From a virus (Duplodnaviria; Caudoviricetes), in IMG/VR virus record IMGVR_UViG_3300020112_000942, positions 32,001 to 96,000 of that record: a stretch of 64,000 bases of DNA. One strand, written 5' to 3'. Below, one piece after another: positions 14,757 to 25,475 of the stretch. How positions within the stretch are numbered: position 1 is the stretch's first letter; each line of letters begins with the position of its first letter. The position numbers and the translations under genes were made by a program. The notes under the pieces were generated by a model. That model had not been told where the DNA came from, ran no database searches, and saw nothing but the letters and a program-made list of their open reading frames with translations.

Positions 14757-15492
14757 AGAATGTAATCATTTCATTACGCTTATTGTCATTAACAGCCCAA
14801 CGACCAATTAAAATCGCATCAGCCTCATCCTGCGTGACATTAATATCATACAGGCTCTTAATTAACAACTACGCATTTCTTTTCTGGTCAGTACGATGGA
14901 CGCCCTTAATCTTATTATAAGAACGCCAAGTCTATACTGGAACAACTTTAAATATATATCCATTATCAAAACAGAAATCTTGCAGTACGCCTTGAAGATG
15001 AGCAAGTTTCTTATAGGTAACTACGGCGTCCTCATTACTATAATTGCCTTGGGCATCTTTTCTTTTCTGCAACTATATATCCTCCAGTACAACAAGGTCT
15101 GGTTTCCATGTCTGTAACATATTTGCGAACCAATGTTTTGTCTTGGAAATTCTATCTGTGCTGTTATTTCCTTCGCTGGTCCAACTTCCGAATTTTATCA
15201 ACTCTTCTCCATCAAATGCAGACCAACCACTTGTAATACTCGCCTGGTCAAAAGCAAGGATTCTAAATCCTTTTCTTTTTGGAGCATTATCATTCATACG
15301 GAAATACTTATTGCTTTTGCAAATTGGGCACTCCTTATGGCGGCGCCAGTATTCCATTGTGAAATAATTCTCGTGTTGGTTCGGACATTCGAATATCATT
15401 TGAGTCTTTAAATTGGAATAAGAGTCAGAGATTAATTTCCAACCCGCTGACTCTACTTCCAATTTTATATCATCATACTTTAATCGTGCCAA
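14755..15492 (-). CDS. RuvC-like Holliday junction resolvase with N-terminal Zn-binding domain (3 TAG)
   Basis: LAFDQAS..SGW, VVLEDI*LQ and C-terminal DEADAILIG motifs are complete only when TAG at 15073, 14932 and 14869 are read through. Confidence 0.8.
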
Positions 15493-15497
15493 CCTTA

Positions 15498-16304
15498 TCA
15501 GCTCTTGGAGACTACTCCAGTTGAACCAAAACCGCCAGCACCACGGTCTGTACTTCCAAGTTCCTCAACGCTATCAACTTCCTCCCAAGTAATCATAGGA
15601 GTAGGAGCGATAAGGAGTTGAGCAATTTTCATGCCCTTATCAACAACATAGGGAGTATCTCCAGTGTTGTTAATAATAATACCAATTTCACCACGATAAT
15701 CAGTATCAATAGTTCCAGGTGCATTTGCAACTCTGAGCTTTGTCTTATAGCTAAGGCCGCTACGAGGTCTTACCTGAATCTCGTAACCAACAGGAATAGC
15801 AACTGCAAGACCTGTCTTAACAATCTTTGTTTCGCCGGCACCGATTGTTACTTCCTCAACTGCACATACATCACAGCCGGCATCTGTTACATGAGCATAT
15901 TCAGGAATAATTGCGTCTGGATTGAGCTTTGTAATCTTAACCTTAACTGTCTGTCTACCGCTGACAAGAAGTCTTGCATAAACATCAAGAACAGATTCCA
16001 TCATTGTATGGATAAACGCCTTCTTCTTATCAGAGATTGTCTCGTCTTCATCAAAAATCTGAAGGAAATCTTCGATTGCAGCTCTGCTCTCTTCAACAGA
16101 ACCGAGAGGAAGAACAGACATCTGCTTAAGCATATCCTTCTGGAACTCTTCGCTTTCATAAGTTTTTAAAAGGCTTTCTTTAAGGAACGGATACATGACA
16201 TCAAACTGTTCGTCCGGATAAGAAAGAATTTCAATGAACTTCTTAGCAACATCCTCTTCAATGCCAGGAGTTCCCATAAACATATCTTTTACTTCATTCT
16301 TCAT
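15498..16304 (-). CDS. dut: Trimeric dUTPase with about 120-aa N-terminal extension
   Basis: AGCD, RPRSG, GTIDTDYRGEI, IAQL and RGAGGFGSTG motifs. Confidence 0.92.
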   Translation of the reverse strand: MKNEVKDMFMGTPGIEEDVAKKFIEILSYPDEQFDVMYPFLKESLLKTYESEEFQKDMLKQMSVLPLGSVEESRAAIEDFLQIFDEDETISDKKKAFIHTMMESVLDVYARLLVSGRQTVKVKITKLNPDAIIPEYAHVTDAGCDVCAVEEVTIGAGETKIVKTGLAVAIPVGYEIQVRPRSGLSYKTKLRVANAPGTIDTDYRGEIGIIINNTGDTPYVVDKGMKIAQLLIAPTPMITWEEVDSVEELGSTDRGAGGFGSTGVVSKS

Positions 16305-17088
16305 CTTCGTATAAACCTCCATTTACATCGGTGCTGATTTTGTCAATGACGCCAAGTTTAAGAGCCTTTTCTGCATCAAAGAACCAGTCGTCCTTTTTAT
16401 GTTTGTCGTATGTTTCCACACTAATATTTGTACAACCAATTGTGTGACTCTTGAGTTTGCCAAGAAGCATTTCATAATACTTCATATTCTGTCTTGCTTT
16501 ATGAGCATCACCATGATATCCGCCGCTACCCTCATGGAACAAAAACGTAGCATTGGGAAAGGCATATCTTTTATGACCTGCAATTGCAATAAAGAAACCA
16601 CCGCTGAAAGCAGTACCAGTAACAATTGTGTACACAGGTGTTTTTGAGTTCTTAATTGCATCAACAATCTGGAATGTGGTTGTCAAATCGCCGCCAGGAG
16701 AATCAATATAAATCTGAATAGGAATCCTCTCTTCAACCGGTGTTTTATTAAACGCATCTTCTGCGTTCCAAAACTGAATACGTTCAAGAATATCATGTCC
16801 TGTATCAGTTGTCATATTGAGAATGGAAGGACCATCGCAAAGTGTGGCTCCAGAAGTAATTTCGCTGTTGATATACAACTTACGCTCAACAAACTGATAT
16901 TTGTCAAGTACATCACTTGGATTGAAATGCTCTTCTGGTGCTGTGAATAGTGTCATAAAGTCTGGAGATTCTTCTGAGGTATTAGCCTCCAGCTCCCCAT
17001 AAATCTCTTCCATCTGGGCAAAGAACTCTTCCTTTTTCTTTAGTGTTCCATCGGGATTCATAAAGTCGATTCTGATTTCGTCGCTCAT
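16294..17088 (-). CDS. clpP: ClpP-family protease
   Basis: IYIDSPGG, AFSGG (Ser), FLFHE (His), AEKALKLGVID. Confidence 0.85.
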   Translation of the reverse strand: MSDEIRIDFMNPDGTLKKKEEFFAQMEEIYGELEANTSEESPDFMTLFTAPEEHFNPSDVLDKYQFVERKLYINSEITSGATLCDGPSILNMTTDTGHDILERIQFWNAEDAFNKTPVEERIPIQIYIDSPGGDLTTTFQIVDAIKNSKTPVYTIVTGTAFSGGFFIAIAGHKRYAFPNATFLFHEGSGGYHGDAHKARQNMKYYEMLLGKLKSHTIGCTNISVETYDKHKKDDWFFDAEKALKLGVIDKISTDVNGGLYEDEE

Positions 17089-17249
17089 TGTTCCTCCTTG
17101 CCTTCAACAGCGTCAATCTGTTTACGAAGGTCTTCAAGTTCTTTAGTAAGTTCAGCTACTCTCGGATTAAGGGTAAAGATATTTACCGTTAAGGATTGCA
17201 GCTCTTTTGTTTTCTCTGCGTAAGAGAACTTTAGTGCTTCAATATCCAT
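17085..17249 (-). CDS. Small coiled-coil hypothetical protein (54 aa)
   Basis: RBS GGAGG, downstream of the promoter, ATGA overlap with clpP. Confidence 0.6.
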   Translation of the reverse strand: MDIEALKFSYAEKTKELQSLTVNIFTLNPRVAELTKELEDLRKQIDAVEGKEEQ

Positions 17250-17274
17250 TTCTATCCCTCCTCTTTATATTATA

Positions 17275-17303
17275 ATTATACCACAATTTACAAATTAAGT
17301 CAA
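17275..17303 (-). promoter_or_regulatory. sigmaA promoter
   Basis: TTGACT-17-TATAAT with extended TG. Confidence 0.85.
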
Positions 17304-18197
17304 CCATTCGGCTTTTAATTCTTTGTAAGTAATTTTTGACGGGTCTTGTCTTAATAAGAGTCGATATTTGAAATTGAGATAATCAGAAGGATTGAAATTA
17401 GCACCCATAAAGTCTTTAAAACTTCTGCGACTTGCAATTGCCCAGCTACGAAGGTTACTTTCAAAAGTAGATGTTGGTGTACCATAGAAACGTACTGGTT
17501 CATCACTTAATGTTTTTGCGGCGAGAGCATAGATGAATAAATCTTCCTTATTCTTTGCGTGAAATTCAATTCCATAATAGGGAGTTAAACTTAAATACTC
17601 TTCACCATAGAAATCTGTAGGTAAAACAATTGTTGATTTGCTTGTGTTAAGTTTAGAAAATTCAAGTGCAGTATTCAAATCATTTGTTTTTACAGGTCTA
17701 ACAAACTTAATGTTGTTATCAAACTCCTTAAACACATCTATCCAATCAGACTCCATAAGGAAATCTCTGTCATTGACATAAGTAATACCAGAGCCTTTTC
17801 TAAAGCCTGTAAAATCCTTTTCTCTCCAATCAATTAAACTATTAGTCTTTATTGACTGATACAAAGATTTATTCTTAATTCTATCGCTATTTATATCATA
17901 TGGAGCGAAAGAAGGTGCATATCCTTTAGTAGTATCAGAAAGACCAGATTCTTTTAAGAACCCATAACCGAAAAATTTACTCTTCTCTTGGTCTATTACC
18001 ACGCCTTTTGGAACTGGTAATTGTGGGCTATCTTTAAAGTAATAAATCTGATTATATCTTCCTGTTTTTTCATAAGGTTTCATTAAGACCACTTGATGTG
18101 ATGAAACCAATCTTTCGTAAACTTTCATGAGCGGGACACTCAAATTGAATGTCCCACCATGATTGAAGTCTACATCGTATAAACCGATTGTAGCCAT
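17295..18197 (-). CDS. Hypothetical protein coupled to dnaE
   Basis: 300-aa ORF with TAATG overlap; N-terminus IGLYDVD..NL..PLMK resembles a conserved phage family. Confidence 0.6.
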   Translation of the reverse strand: MATIGLYDVDFNHGGTFNLSVPLMKVYERLVSSHQVVLMKPYEKTGRYNQIYYFKDSPQLPVPKGVVIDQEKSKFFGYGFLKESGLSDTTKGYAPSFAPYDINSDRIKNKSLYQSIKTNSLIDWREKDFTGFRKGSGITYVNDRDFLMESDWIDVFKEFDNNIKFVRPVKTNDLNTALEFSKLNTSKSTIVLPTDFYGEEYLSLTPYYGIEFHAKNKEDLFIYALAAKTLSDEPVRFYGTPTSTFESNLRSWAIASRRSFKDFMGANFNPSDYLNFKYRLLLRQDPSKITYKELKAEWLT

Positions 18198-21100
18198 TAT
18201 TCTACCTCCGCACGTTCTGTCTGAGAGAGAGTGATGAATCCTTCATTATCCATTTCCTCAATCTTCTCAAATAATGGGTATGATGTACTCTTATATTTCT
18301 TTGGTACAAAATCATCGCCACGGCGGATACCTGTGATGATAAGTTTATTACCCCTTGCGAAGAAACTCTTTTCAACAACAGTCTTTGTACCATCGGGATT
18401 CTTGCGGCTAAGCTGTCTATCCCATTTTGCATACTGATTCTTCCAAACCTTTACGTTAACAACTTGCATTGTTGGAGTAAGGATTGTTACAGTACTCTTA
18501 TTCTTATCCTTGTCGATTACTGTACCGCAAACACGAGAAATCTCATACATACGGATTACGCCGCCATCCTTAGCAAAAAACTCACTGGAGATAACTGGCT
18601 CTTCATCCAAGTCTTCGAACTGAACAATATTATAAGCGTGGAACTTAAGGTCTTTTAATTCGTGGTCATGACAGTATGTTCCAAGAGAATCCATATCCCA
18701 CTTATCAATACTACCAAGAGCGTACTTCTCTCTTACTTCTTCGTATAAACTCTGATTAAGAGTATCAAGAATCTCTTGCTGATTTGACTTCATCCAAGCT
18801 CTGAGTGTGTCCATAGTTTTATCGTATGTCTTATCCCAGATTGTCTGTAAAATCTTACCATGACTGTATTCTTCATCAATTACTGCGTCTTCAAGTACAT
18901 CTGTATCATAATTGTCTACAAAGAATCTCATTGCAATTGCATCAAGTTTGTAATGCTTACCTTCCTTGAACTGTCTAATGTATTTTGTAAAGTTATATAC
19001 CTTAGTTTCAAACTCATATTCTTCAGGAATTAATCCCTTTCTTGATAACATTGCCATATTCTGAAGAGTAATTCTTTTCTTCTTATCTGCAATAATATCA
19101 AGATAATCAGCCATTGCCTGCATTCTATCGTTGTGAAGATTATCAAACGCACCAGACTTAATAAGTGAAATCATTTGAGTCTTATTAACCTTTACCTTTG
19201 ACATAAAATCTGAAATTGAAATGTAAGGTCTGTTATTGATAATTTCAAATACAAGATTTGTACCTACTCTATCAATACCCTTTAAACCATAGATGATAGC
19301 ACCTTCACCAACATCAGGCTTAAAAATCAAATCAGACTTGTTAATGTCTGGCGGCAAAACCAAAATACCATCTCTCTTGGACTTACCAAGAGCAACGCTG
19401 ATTTTACCATAGTTAACAGACTTGTTTTTCTTCTTTGTGTCATCCTCTTCTTCATCATTCTCTCTATCAACATCATCTGCTTCAAGCAAATCTGCACCAC
19501 CTGCATTTGTAATCAAGCAAGCACAGTTCCAATAAATATCGGGATAAGTAGTTGCCAATAACAAAGTTTGAATACCAACGAATGAATAAGCTAAAGCATG
19601 AGGCTTAGCAAAAGCGTAGCTCATCTGAGGCTCCATGACTGTTGTCCAAACATATGCTCCAAGTGCGGCAGTTGGACACTGAGAAATAAACTTCTCTCTT
19701 AATGCAGGTACTTCCGCAATCTTTTTCTTCGCAACAACTTTTCTTGCATAGTTTGCTTCACTCAATGTGAAATGAGCAATATTCTCATCAAGGCAAACTT
19801 CCATCAAGTCTTCCTGTGATGCTGGAACACCATAGTTAGGAAGATAATATGGTTCAAGTATCTTAACTTCTTCCTGTGTAAGACCGGCGGCATGAGTTTC
19901 ATCATACCAGATTTGCATATCAGCCTTAAGGCGGCAATATCTATCAATTGGTCTTTCCTTGCCAGGTTCACCCATAAGTCTCATAAGTGCATTTGCTGAA
20001 GTCATTTCAAGAGGAGTTCTTGGTTTAATCTGCTTAGCAGTTGTAAGTCCAACACCAGTACTGAACTGGAAAACATCAAGAACCTTACCTTCGCCAAGTG
20101 CGTCCCATAAAGCTGGATTCTTAATATCAATAACCTCTGGGTGAAGATATCTGTCATATGCCTGTCTCAAAGTAAGAGATGGGTCCATAAAGTTATCCTT
20201 TTGGAGAAGAGATACTGCAATCGTAATCTTATCACAAATTTCAGTTACAAGGAAGTCGTACTTAACGTCTCCGAGAGATTCAGCTTCGTGAAGTGAATAC
20301 TGAGTTGTTAAATCACCATTCGGACTTCTCATAATCGCATTTGTGTCATAAGGATTATCGTTATAAAGAATTACACCAGATGCGTGCTGACCTCTCTTAT
20401 TAACAAGTCCATCAATAGATTCGATAATTTCAAGAAGACCAGGATACTTGTTCAGCTCATTTACCAAAGCTAAGATAGGCTTTCTATCCTTTTCATCATT
20501 GCCATAAACAGCATCGTGAATTGACCATAAGAAACCTCTCTCCTGTGGAATTAATGAACTGAGATACTGAGAAATCTCAACATCAATACCATCTGGAAAT
20601 TCCTGTGAACGATAACCTCTGCAGGCTGCGGCGATTGCTGAACGAGTTCCTTCTGTACCATAAGTACAAACCTGAATAACGTTCAACTCGCCACGTTCTT
20701 TTCTGATTGCCTCAAAAATCTTCTTACGCTTTGAAGGAGTAAGGTCGATATCAATATCGGGCAACTCAATACGCTCTTCGTTAAGGAATCTCCAATGCTT
20801 TAATCCCCATTTGATTGGGTCAAGCTGTGTGATACCAAGAAGATAATTTGAAAGGAAACATACGGCAGAACCTCTTCCAGGTCCTACGATTGAACCGTTA
20901 TCCCAAAACAAGTTAATGAAGTGCTGGAATGTATTGAAGTATTCATAAAGACAGTTTCCGAGTTTATCACCAACTGTCTTAATTACCTTAGCCTCTGTTT
21001 CAAGACGCATAAGATATTCGCTCTGCCATAAATCCTTTTCAATGAGTCCGATAAGACATTCTGTTACCCAATACTTTTCTTGAACATTATCGCTACCAAG

Positions 21101-22126
21101 AAGAGCAGTAAGTGTTGGACATATATCCTTATAATCCCAATCAACCGAAACAGGAGCTTTCTTCAACTCTACATCTACTCTTGGAATGATTGGATTGTGG
21201 AAAATTTCATACTTACCAATCTTATCGTAGATTTCCATAGAGTTCGCACAGAATTTTACGAACTCTTCCTCTGTGAATGTATCTTTTAAATTCTCATATG
21301 CTTCTTCATTATCCATCATATGAGAATAAGCGTAGAACTCATCAACTTCTCTGTCTGCCTCTTTGGAGTTAAGATATGCTTTGTGAACTGGTCTTTCCTT
21401 TGCTGTAAGATAATGTGCGTCAGAACCAATTACCATTTTAACTTTATACCAAGCGGCGATTGATTTAACTCTTTCATTGAACTTAATCTGGTCTTTTGAA
21501 CAAGCTGCGGCAATTTCAATATAGAAATCTTCTCCGAACAAGTCAATATTAAACTTCATAAATTCATCAATCTTTGACTTCCACCAATAAATGTCCTGCT
21601 CATTCTGCGTCTTCTCTGCCTTAATAAGTTCAAATACAAAGTGTGGAAGTTCACCACCAATACAGGCGGTTGTTGCAATAAGTGAGCCAGGAAACTTCTC
21701 AACGATAGCTTTAAGTTCATCTTTCTGAGTTGGAACTCTCATCATACCACGAGAAATTCTTGCATTATACCATGCAATGGAGCTAAGCTCACGCAATGCC
21801 CTGTGCCCAACCGTATCCTTTGCAATGAGAATGTAGTGCCAATATTTTTCAACATTATCTCTGTCATCAACGAGATAAATCTCATTACCACAAGCACACT
21901 TGAAGTCTTCAGGAATCTTTCCTTCCTTCTTCAACTTCTTTTCACATTCCAACCACTGTACGTGTCCCGCAACAGTTTCGTGGTCTGTCAATGCAATTCC
22001 TGACATACCCAATTTATATGCTGTGAGAATCATATCCTTTGGTCTGTTTGTTGAGTCAATCAATCTAAAATTTGAAAACTCACTATGAGAATGAGTATCA
22101 AATCTTTTTTCCTTTGTGATGTCCAT
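18197..22126 (-). CDS. dnaE: DNA polymerase III alpha subunit (family C)
   Basis: PHP motifs HSHSEFS and ALTDHE; GPGRGSA; LPDIDID; KYDFL; SYAFAKPHA; C-terminal OB fold; no TAG. Confidence 0.96.
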   Translation of the reverse strand: MDITKEKRFDTHSHSEFSNFRLIDSTNRPKDMILTAYKLGMSGIALTDHETVAGHVQWLECEKKLKKEGKIPEDFKCACGNEIYLVDDRDNVEKYWHYILIAKDTVGHRALRELSSIAWYNARISRGMMRVPTQKDELKAIVEKFPGSLIATTACIGGELPHFVFELIKAEKTQNEQDIYWWKSKIDEFMKFNIDLFGEDFYIEIAAACSKDQIKFNERVKSIAAWYKVKMVIGSDAHYLTAKERPVHKAYLNSKEADREVDEFYAYSHMMDNEEAYENLKDTFTEEEFVKFCANSMEIYDKIGKYEIFHNPIIPRVDVELKKAPVSVDWDYKDICPTLTALLGSDNVQEKYWVTECLIGLIEKDLWQSEYLMRLETEAKVIKTVGDKLGNCLYEYFNTFQHFINLFWDNGSIVGPGRGSAVCFLSNYLLGITQLDPIKWGLKHWRFLNEERIELPDIDIDLTPSKRKKIFEAIRKERGELNVIQVCTYGTEGTRSAIAAACRGYRSQEFPDGIDVEISQYLSSLIPQERGFLWSIHDAVYGNDEKDRKPILALVNELNKYPGLLEIIESIDGLVNKRGQHASGVILYNDNPYDTNAIMRSPNGDLTTQYSLHEAESLGDVKYDFLVTEICDKITIAVSLLQKDNFMDPSLTLRQAYDRYLHPEVIDIKNPALWDALGEGKVLDVFQFSTGVGLTTAKQIKPRTPLEMTSANALMRLMGEPGKERPIDRYCRLKADMQIWYDETHAAGLTQEEVKILEPYYLPNYGVPASQEDLMEVCLDENIAHFTLSEANYARKVVAKKKIAEVPALREKFISQCPTAALGAYVWTTVMEPQMSYAFAKPHALAYSFVGIQTLLLATTYPDIYWNCACLITNAGGADLLEADDVDRENDEEEDDTKKKNKSVNYGKISVALGKSKRDGILVLPPDINKSDLIFKPDVGEGAIIYGLKGIDRVGTNLVFEIINNRPYISISDFMSKVKVNKTQMISLIKSGAFDNLHNDRMQAMADYLDIIADKKKRITLQNMAMLSRKGLIPEEYEFETKVYNFTKYIRQFKEGKHYKLDAIAMRFFVDNYDTDVLEDAVIDEEYSHGKILQTIWDKTYDKTMDTLRAWMKSNQQEILDTLNQSLYEEVREKYALGSIDKWDMDSLGTYCHDHELKDLKFHAYNIVQFEDLDEEPVISSEFFAKDGGVIRMYEISRVCGTVIDKDKNKSTVTILTPTMQVVNVKVWKNQYAKWDRQLSRKNPDGTKTVVEKSFFARGNKLIITGIRRGDDFVPKKYKSTSYPLFEKIEEMDNEGFITLSQTERAEVE

Positions 22127-22219
22127 ATCTTGTCCTCCTTCTTCAAGCCGCCGAGCCATTCAGCAGGGGCATTAAGTCGTTGTACATTTTATTTGTTTTT
22201 CTTAACCTTTTCTATATAT

Positions 22220-22248
22220 ATTATACCATAATTTTATAGAAAAGTCAA
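22220..22248 (-). promoter_or_regulatory. sigmaA promoter of dnaE
   Basis: TTGACT-17-TATAAT. Confidence 0.85.
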
Positions 22249-22255
22249 TAATTTA

Positions 22256-22792
22256 TTATTCAAAATTAACAGTATGCTCGTTTCCTTCTTCATCACGCCA
22301 AGTTAAGCTAAGAATCTTTGAAATAGTCCAACATGGAACAGATGGCGGAGTAGGCGCTTCGCCTGGGAATGCAGTTCCTCTTTGGAAAGTTTGAATATTG
22401 TTTTCACCTGTAAGTTCATTGCCAAACCAATGATTATTAGCGTATTGCTCACAATCTCTTGTATCAACGTGGCAGGCATTATTCATTATACCAATACCAC
22501 CAAATCCAACTCTTTCAGCTACCTCAGCGATATCATATCCTGTGTAATAAGAGCCGTCCTATTTCTAAACTGAGATATCTGCAGCGAGACCAAGAGTGTG
22601 AGCATCATTAGCAAAACCGCCAACAGCTACACTACAATTAGGACATCTATAGCCGCTATTAACGTATACGGCTTTTGCGCCCATAATACCGTGTAATTTC
22701 TCCAATCTCTACACGAGAATCTAACTCACGTCAGGATTGTTTCCGCAATTGCACTTAAACTCTGTGCTGTCAAAATGTTCTGTAAGTTTCAT
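22256..22792 (-). CDS. Peptidase M15A-family peptidoglycan peptidase (178 aa, 4 TAG)
   Basis: Read-through gives MKLTEHFDSTEFKCNCG...NSGYRCP...AHTLGLAADI...GGIG...CHVDTR. TAG at 22721, 22709, 22565 and 22559; RBS AGGAGG. Confidence 0.85.
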
Positions 22793-22810
22793 TAAAACCC
22801 CTCCTAATAT

Positions 22811-22836
22811 AAAAGGGTCAAGTAAAACTTGACCCC
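22811..22836 (-). terminator. Intrinsic terminator upstream of the M15 gene
   Basis: GGGTCAAG-tttta-CTTGACCC followed by TTTTAT on the minus strand. Confidence 0.7.
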
Positions 22837-22841
22837 AAGAA

Positions 22842-22961
22842 TTACTTCTTGTTTTTCTCTTTATTTTTCTTCTGAATCTCACGATTCATACGAGCAATAT
22901 CTTCCTTGTTCTTTTCAATACGACGCTTGAAGTCTTCTTTTTCGTCTCTATGGAACTTCAT
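22842..22961 (-). CDS. Small basic peptide (39 aa)
   Basis: RBS GGGAGG, ATG..TAA, K/R/E-rich. Confidence 0.5.
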   Translation of the reverse strand: MKFHRDEKEDFKRRIEKNKEDIARMNREIQKKNKEKNKK

Positions 22962-22975
22962 TCTATCTCCTCCCT

Positions 22976-23080
22976 TTATTCATCTCTGTTGTTTAACAAA
23001 TCGCCTATGTCTGTCCAGAAAAGACCATTGACTGCGTTACCAACAAATATGATACCAAGTATTATTAAAAAAGTTTTCAC
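22976..23080 (-). CDS. Small membrane peptide (34 aa)
   Basis: GTG start; hydrophobic FLIILGIIFVG. Confidence 0.4.
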   Translation of the reverse strand: MKTFLIILGIIFVGNAVNGLFWTDIGDLLNNRDE

Positions 23081-23085
23081 TTATA

Positions 23086-23286
23086 TCACCATTGTTTCAC
23101 AAGGGTTACAATAACCCATTCATCAATGATTTCACCTTTAGACTTCTTGTCCTTCTTTACCATTTTATAAGATTTGAGTTCATATCCCTCAACATTCTCA
23201 TCCGCCTTAGCCTGCTCAATAAGAGCTTTAGCCTCAGTCTCATCGTTTACTCTCCACTCTTCAGTTCTTTTACAAAGTTCACCCAT
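23086..23286 (-). CDS. Hypothetical protein
   Basis: RBS GGAGG; in the operon. Confidence 0.6.
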   Translation of the reverse strand: MGELCKRTEEWRVNDETEAKALIEQAKADENVEGYELKSYKMVKKDKKSKGEIIDEWVIVTLVKQW

Positions 23287-23322
23287 TATTATTTCCTCCC
23301 TTATTCTTATAAATTTCATCTC

Positions 23323-23655
23323 TCATTTTGTGAAATGTTCTACTCCACGTGTACTTAGTGCTTCACTAATTGCTACAAGAACTTCATCAGTAGCAATTTC
23401 AGCACTTATGCGACCAATCCTAATATCATTTAATATTCTCTCTTTATAAGCTTGTATTGCTAATTCAACTGGAACGAGTCTTTTTCCACAGCAAGGACAA
23501 AATTGCATTATTGTTTCTATGGCATACATTTTATCTGTATTTGGTATTTCTGCGGTACTACTAAGGGGTTCCGCTTTTCCATGAAATTTTTTACAATAAT
23601 AACATTCTCCATCAAGACCCTCAGGAGAGAAATATGTTACACTGATTCCGCTCAT
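23323..23655 (-). CDS. Zn-ribbon hypothetical protein
   Basis: CYYC ... FCPCCG. Confidence 0.6.
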   Translation of the reverse strand: MSGISVTYFSPEGLDGECYYCKKFHGKAEPLSSTAEIPNTDKMYAIETIMQFCPCCGKRLVPVELAIQAYKERILNDIRIGRISAEIATDEVLVAISEALSTRGVEHFTK

Positions 23656-23669
23656 TTATCATCTCCTCC

Positions 23670-25475
23670 TCAAAAATCGTAAATAGTTCCAGTTTTAATA
23701 TCAATTTCATCAACGTAAATCTGTGGTGTGATTTTTCCACCCCAATGATTTAGGTTGGCTCTGCCGGCACAGGTAACAGTTATGCTCTGTGTCTTGTCAA
23801 TCATATCAAGCTGCTCAAGAACGTCAGCGCCCTTAAAAATCATATAAGTCATACCATTGAAGATAAACTTAATAGTATCTTTCTTTGAACCGATGACCTG
23901 GATTGCGGCCTTTGGAATTGTAATATTCTCAACAACAATAACAGGCTCATCGTTTGCTTGACCCCAGAGGTCAGCATGACCACCAACATCAAGTACCAAA
24001 TCAACAAGACCAGAATAGTTGCCTGAGACAACGAAATCTGCTTCGTAGTAACCTTCGTTGAAATTGATGTCTGCAAGTTTCTCATTTGCATAATCCTGAA
24101 GTTTATCTACATCAGATGCCTTAATACTGAAACCTGCGGCATTTGCGTGTCCTTCAACGAAATCCATGTAGTAGCTGTCCTTGAGAAATCCCTTGAAGTC
24201 CTTTAAGGCACTCTCTTCTCTTCCTCTGATAGAACCCTTGAGGTATCCATCTGGACTTGTTCTACCAAGCATTGTTGGCTTTTTATACTTAGCAGCGATA
24301 CCCATTGCAATCAAACCTGTGAGGTTATTTGATACATCGAGTTCATCTGCGTTAAGAATAAGAATCTTGTTATCATCGAGACAATCATTGCTGATTTGAA
24401 TATCAAGTAACTCAATAGCCTTATCCTTTTCTCTGTTCTGTCTACTACGAGCATTAACGCAGTTTCTTGTTGCCTGCTCTGCAATAGTTTCTTTCTCGCC
24501 CTTACATCCACGCTTTGTAGAATCAACCATTTCAGTGCCGTTGATAAATCCAAGGAATAACATTTCCTTTTCTTTCTGAGTGCCGACACGAATAAGAGCA
24601 TTGATAAGAGGGGTTACATAGAAAGCAACCTTAATCTGAGTTACGGAGCCGTCTCTGTAATAACTGTCATTCCAATCATCAGCAGAAATACCAAACATTG
24701 AATAGCACTGTTTCTTTACAATCTCTGCAAATAAAGTGTTATTGATATGGGACAAGCCTTCAACACAGATGTATCTGTTTTCGGGTGTCTGCATATTCAT
24801 CATATCACTGATTTCTCCAAGTGCAACAAGGTCAATGAAATATTCTGAACCCATTTCAATACCGAACATTACGTCACAATACTGAAGGAACTTATATACA
24901 ATACCAACACCACTTGCGGCTTTATTCTGATAATCCTGAGACAACTGGTTATTAATGACAACAGCATTTTCACTGTACTTCTCAGCCTCATGATGGTCGA
25001 GAACAAGAATGTCATATCCCAATGACTTCAGTGTTGCGTGTTCCTCATAATCATTTGAAGAACTATCTGGAAGGATGATTAAATCACAAATCCTCTCTCC
25101 TGTGAGTTCTTTCATTACAGTACGAAGACCATGTTCCTTACCCTCTGGAATGTGATAGGAGATTTCAACATCTGGATATCTGTCCTTCAAACACGCATTG
25201 AAATAATTGATGAACAATGCAGATGAGGTAAAACCATCAACGTCACAGTCAACATAAAATCTGATTCTACTGCCGTTCTGGAGATGCTTTCTGAATAACT
25301 CAAAGCCCTCTTCCATATGGTCAAGACTCAATGGGTCACAATAGTTATCCCAAGTAGGGTTACTAAACCAATCTGGCCACTCTTGTGCATCGGCAGGGAG
25401 AATATTTCTGTCTTTGAGCAAAGATAAAGTGTAATTACTTCTTATATCTTCGCTTGTCTTTCTTACATACTTCAC
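23670..25475 (-). CDS. recJ: RecJ-like DHH ssDNA exonuclease
   Basis: DCDVDG, LDHHE, DLVALG..SD, GHANAAG. Confidence 0.9.
   Translation of the reverse strand: MKYVRKTSEDIRSNYTLSLLKDRNILPADAQEWPDWFSNPTWDNYCDPLSLDHMEEGFELFRKHLQNGSRIRFYVDCDVDGFTSSALFINYFNACLKDRYPDVEISYHIPEGKEHGLRTVMKELTGERICDLIILPDSSSNDYEEHATLKSLGYDILVLDHHEAEKYSENAVVINNQLSQDYQNKAASGVGIVYKFLQYCDVMFGIEMGSEYFIDLVALGEISDMMNMQTPENRYICVEGLSHINNTLFAEIVKKQCYSMFGISADDWNDSYYRDGSVTQIKVAFYVTPLINALIRVGTQKEKEMLFLGFINGTEMVDSTKRGCKGEKETIAEQATRNCVNARSRQNREKDKAIELLDIQISNDCLDDNKILILNADELDVSNNLTGLIAMGIAAKYKKPTMLGRTSPDGYLKGSIRGREESALKDFKGFLKDSYYMDFVEGHANAAGFSIKASDVDKLQDYANEKLADINFNEGYYEADFVVSGNYSGLVDLVLDVGGHADLWGQANDEPVIVVENITIPKAAIQVIGSKKDTIKFIFNGMTYMIFKGADVLEQLDMIDKTQSITVTCAGRANLNHWGGKITPQIYVDEIDIKTGTIYDF

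Noticed and set aside
22127-22215. 14-codon uORF or riboswitch in the dnaE leader
   Set aside because: No convincing RBS or recognisable structure; cannot be supported from sequence alone.
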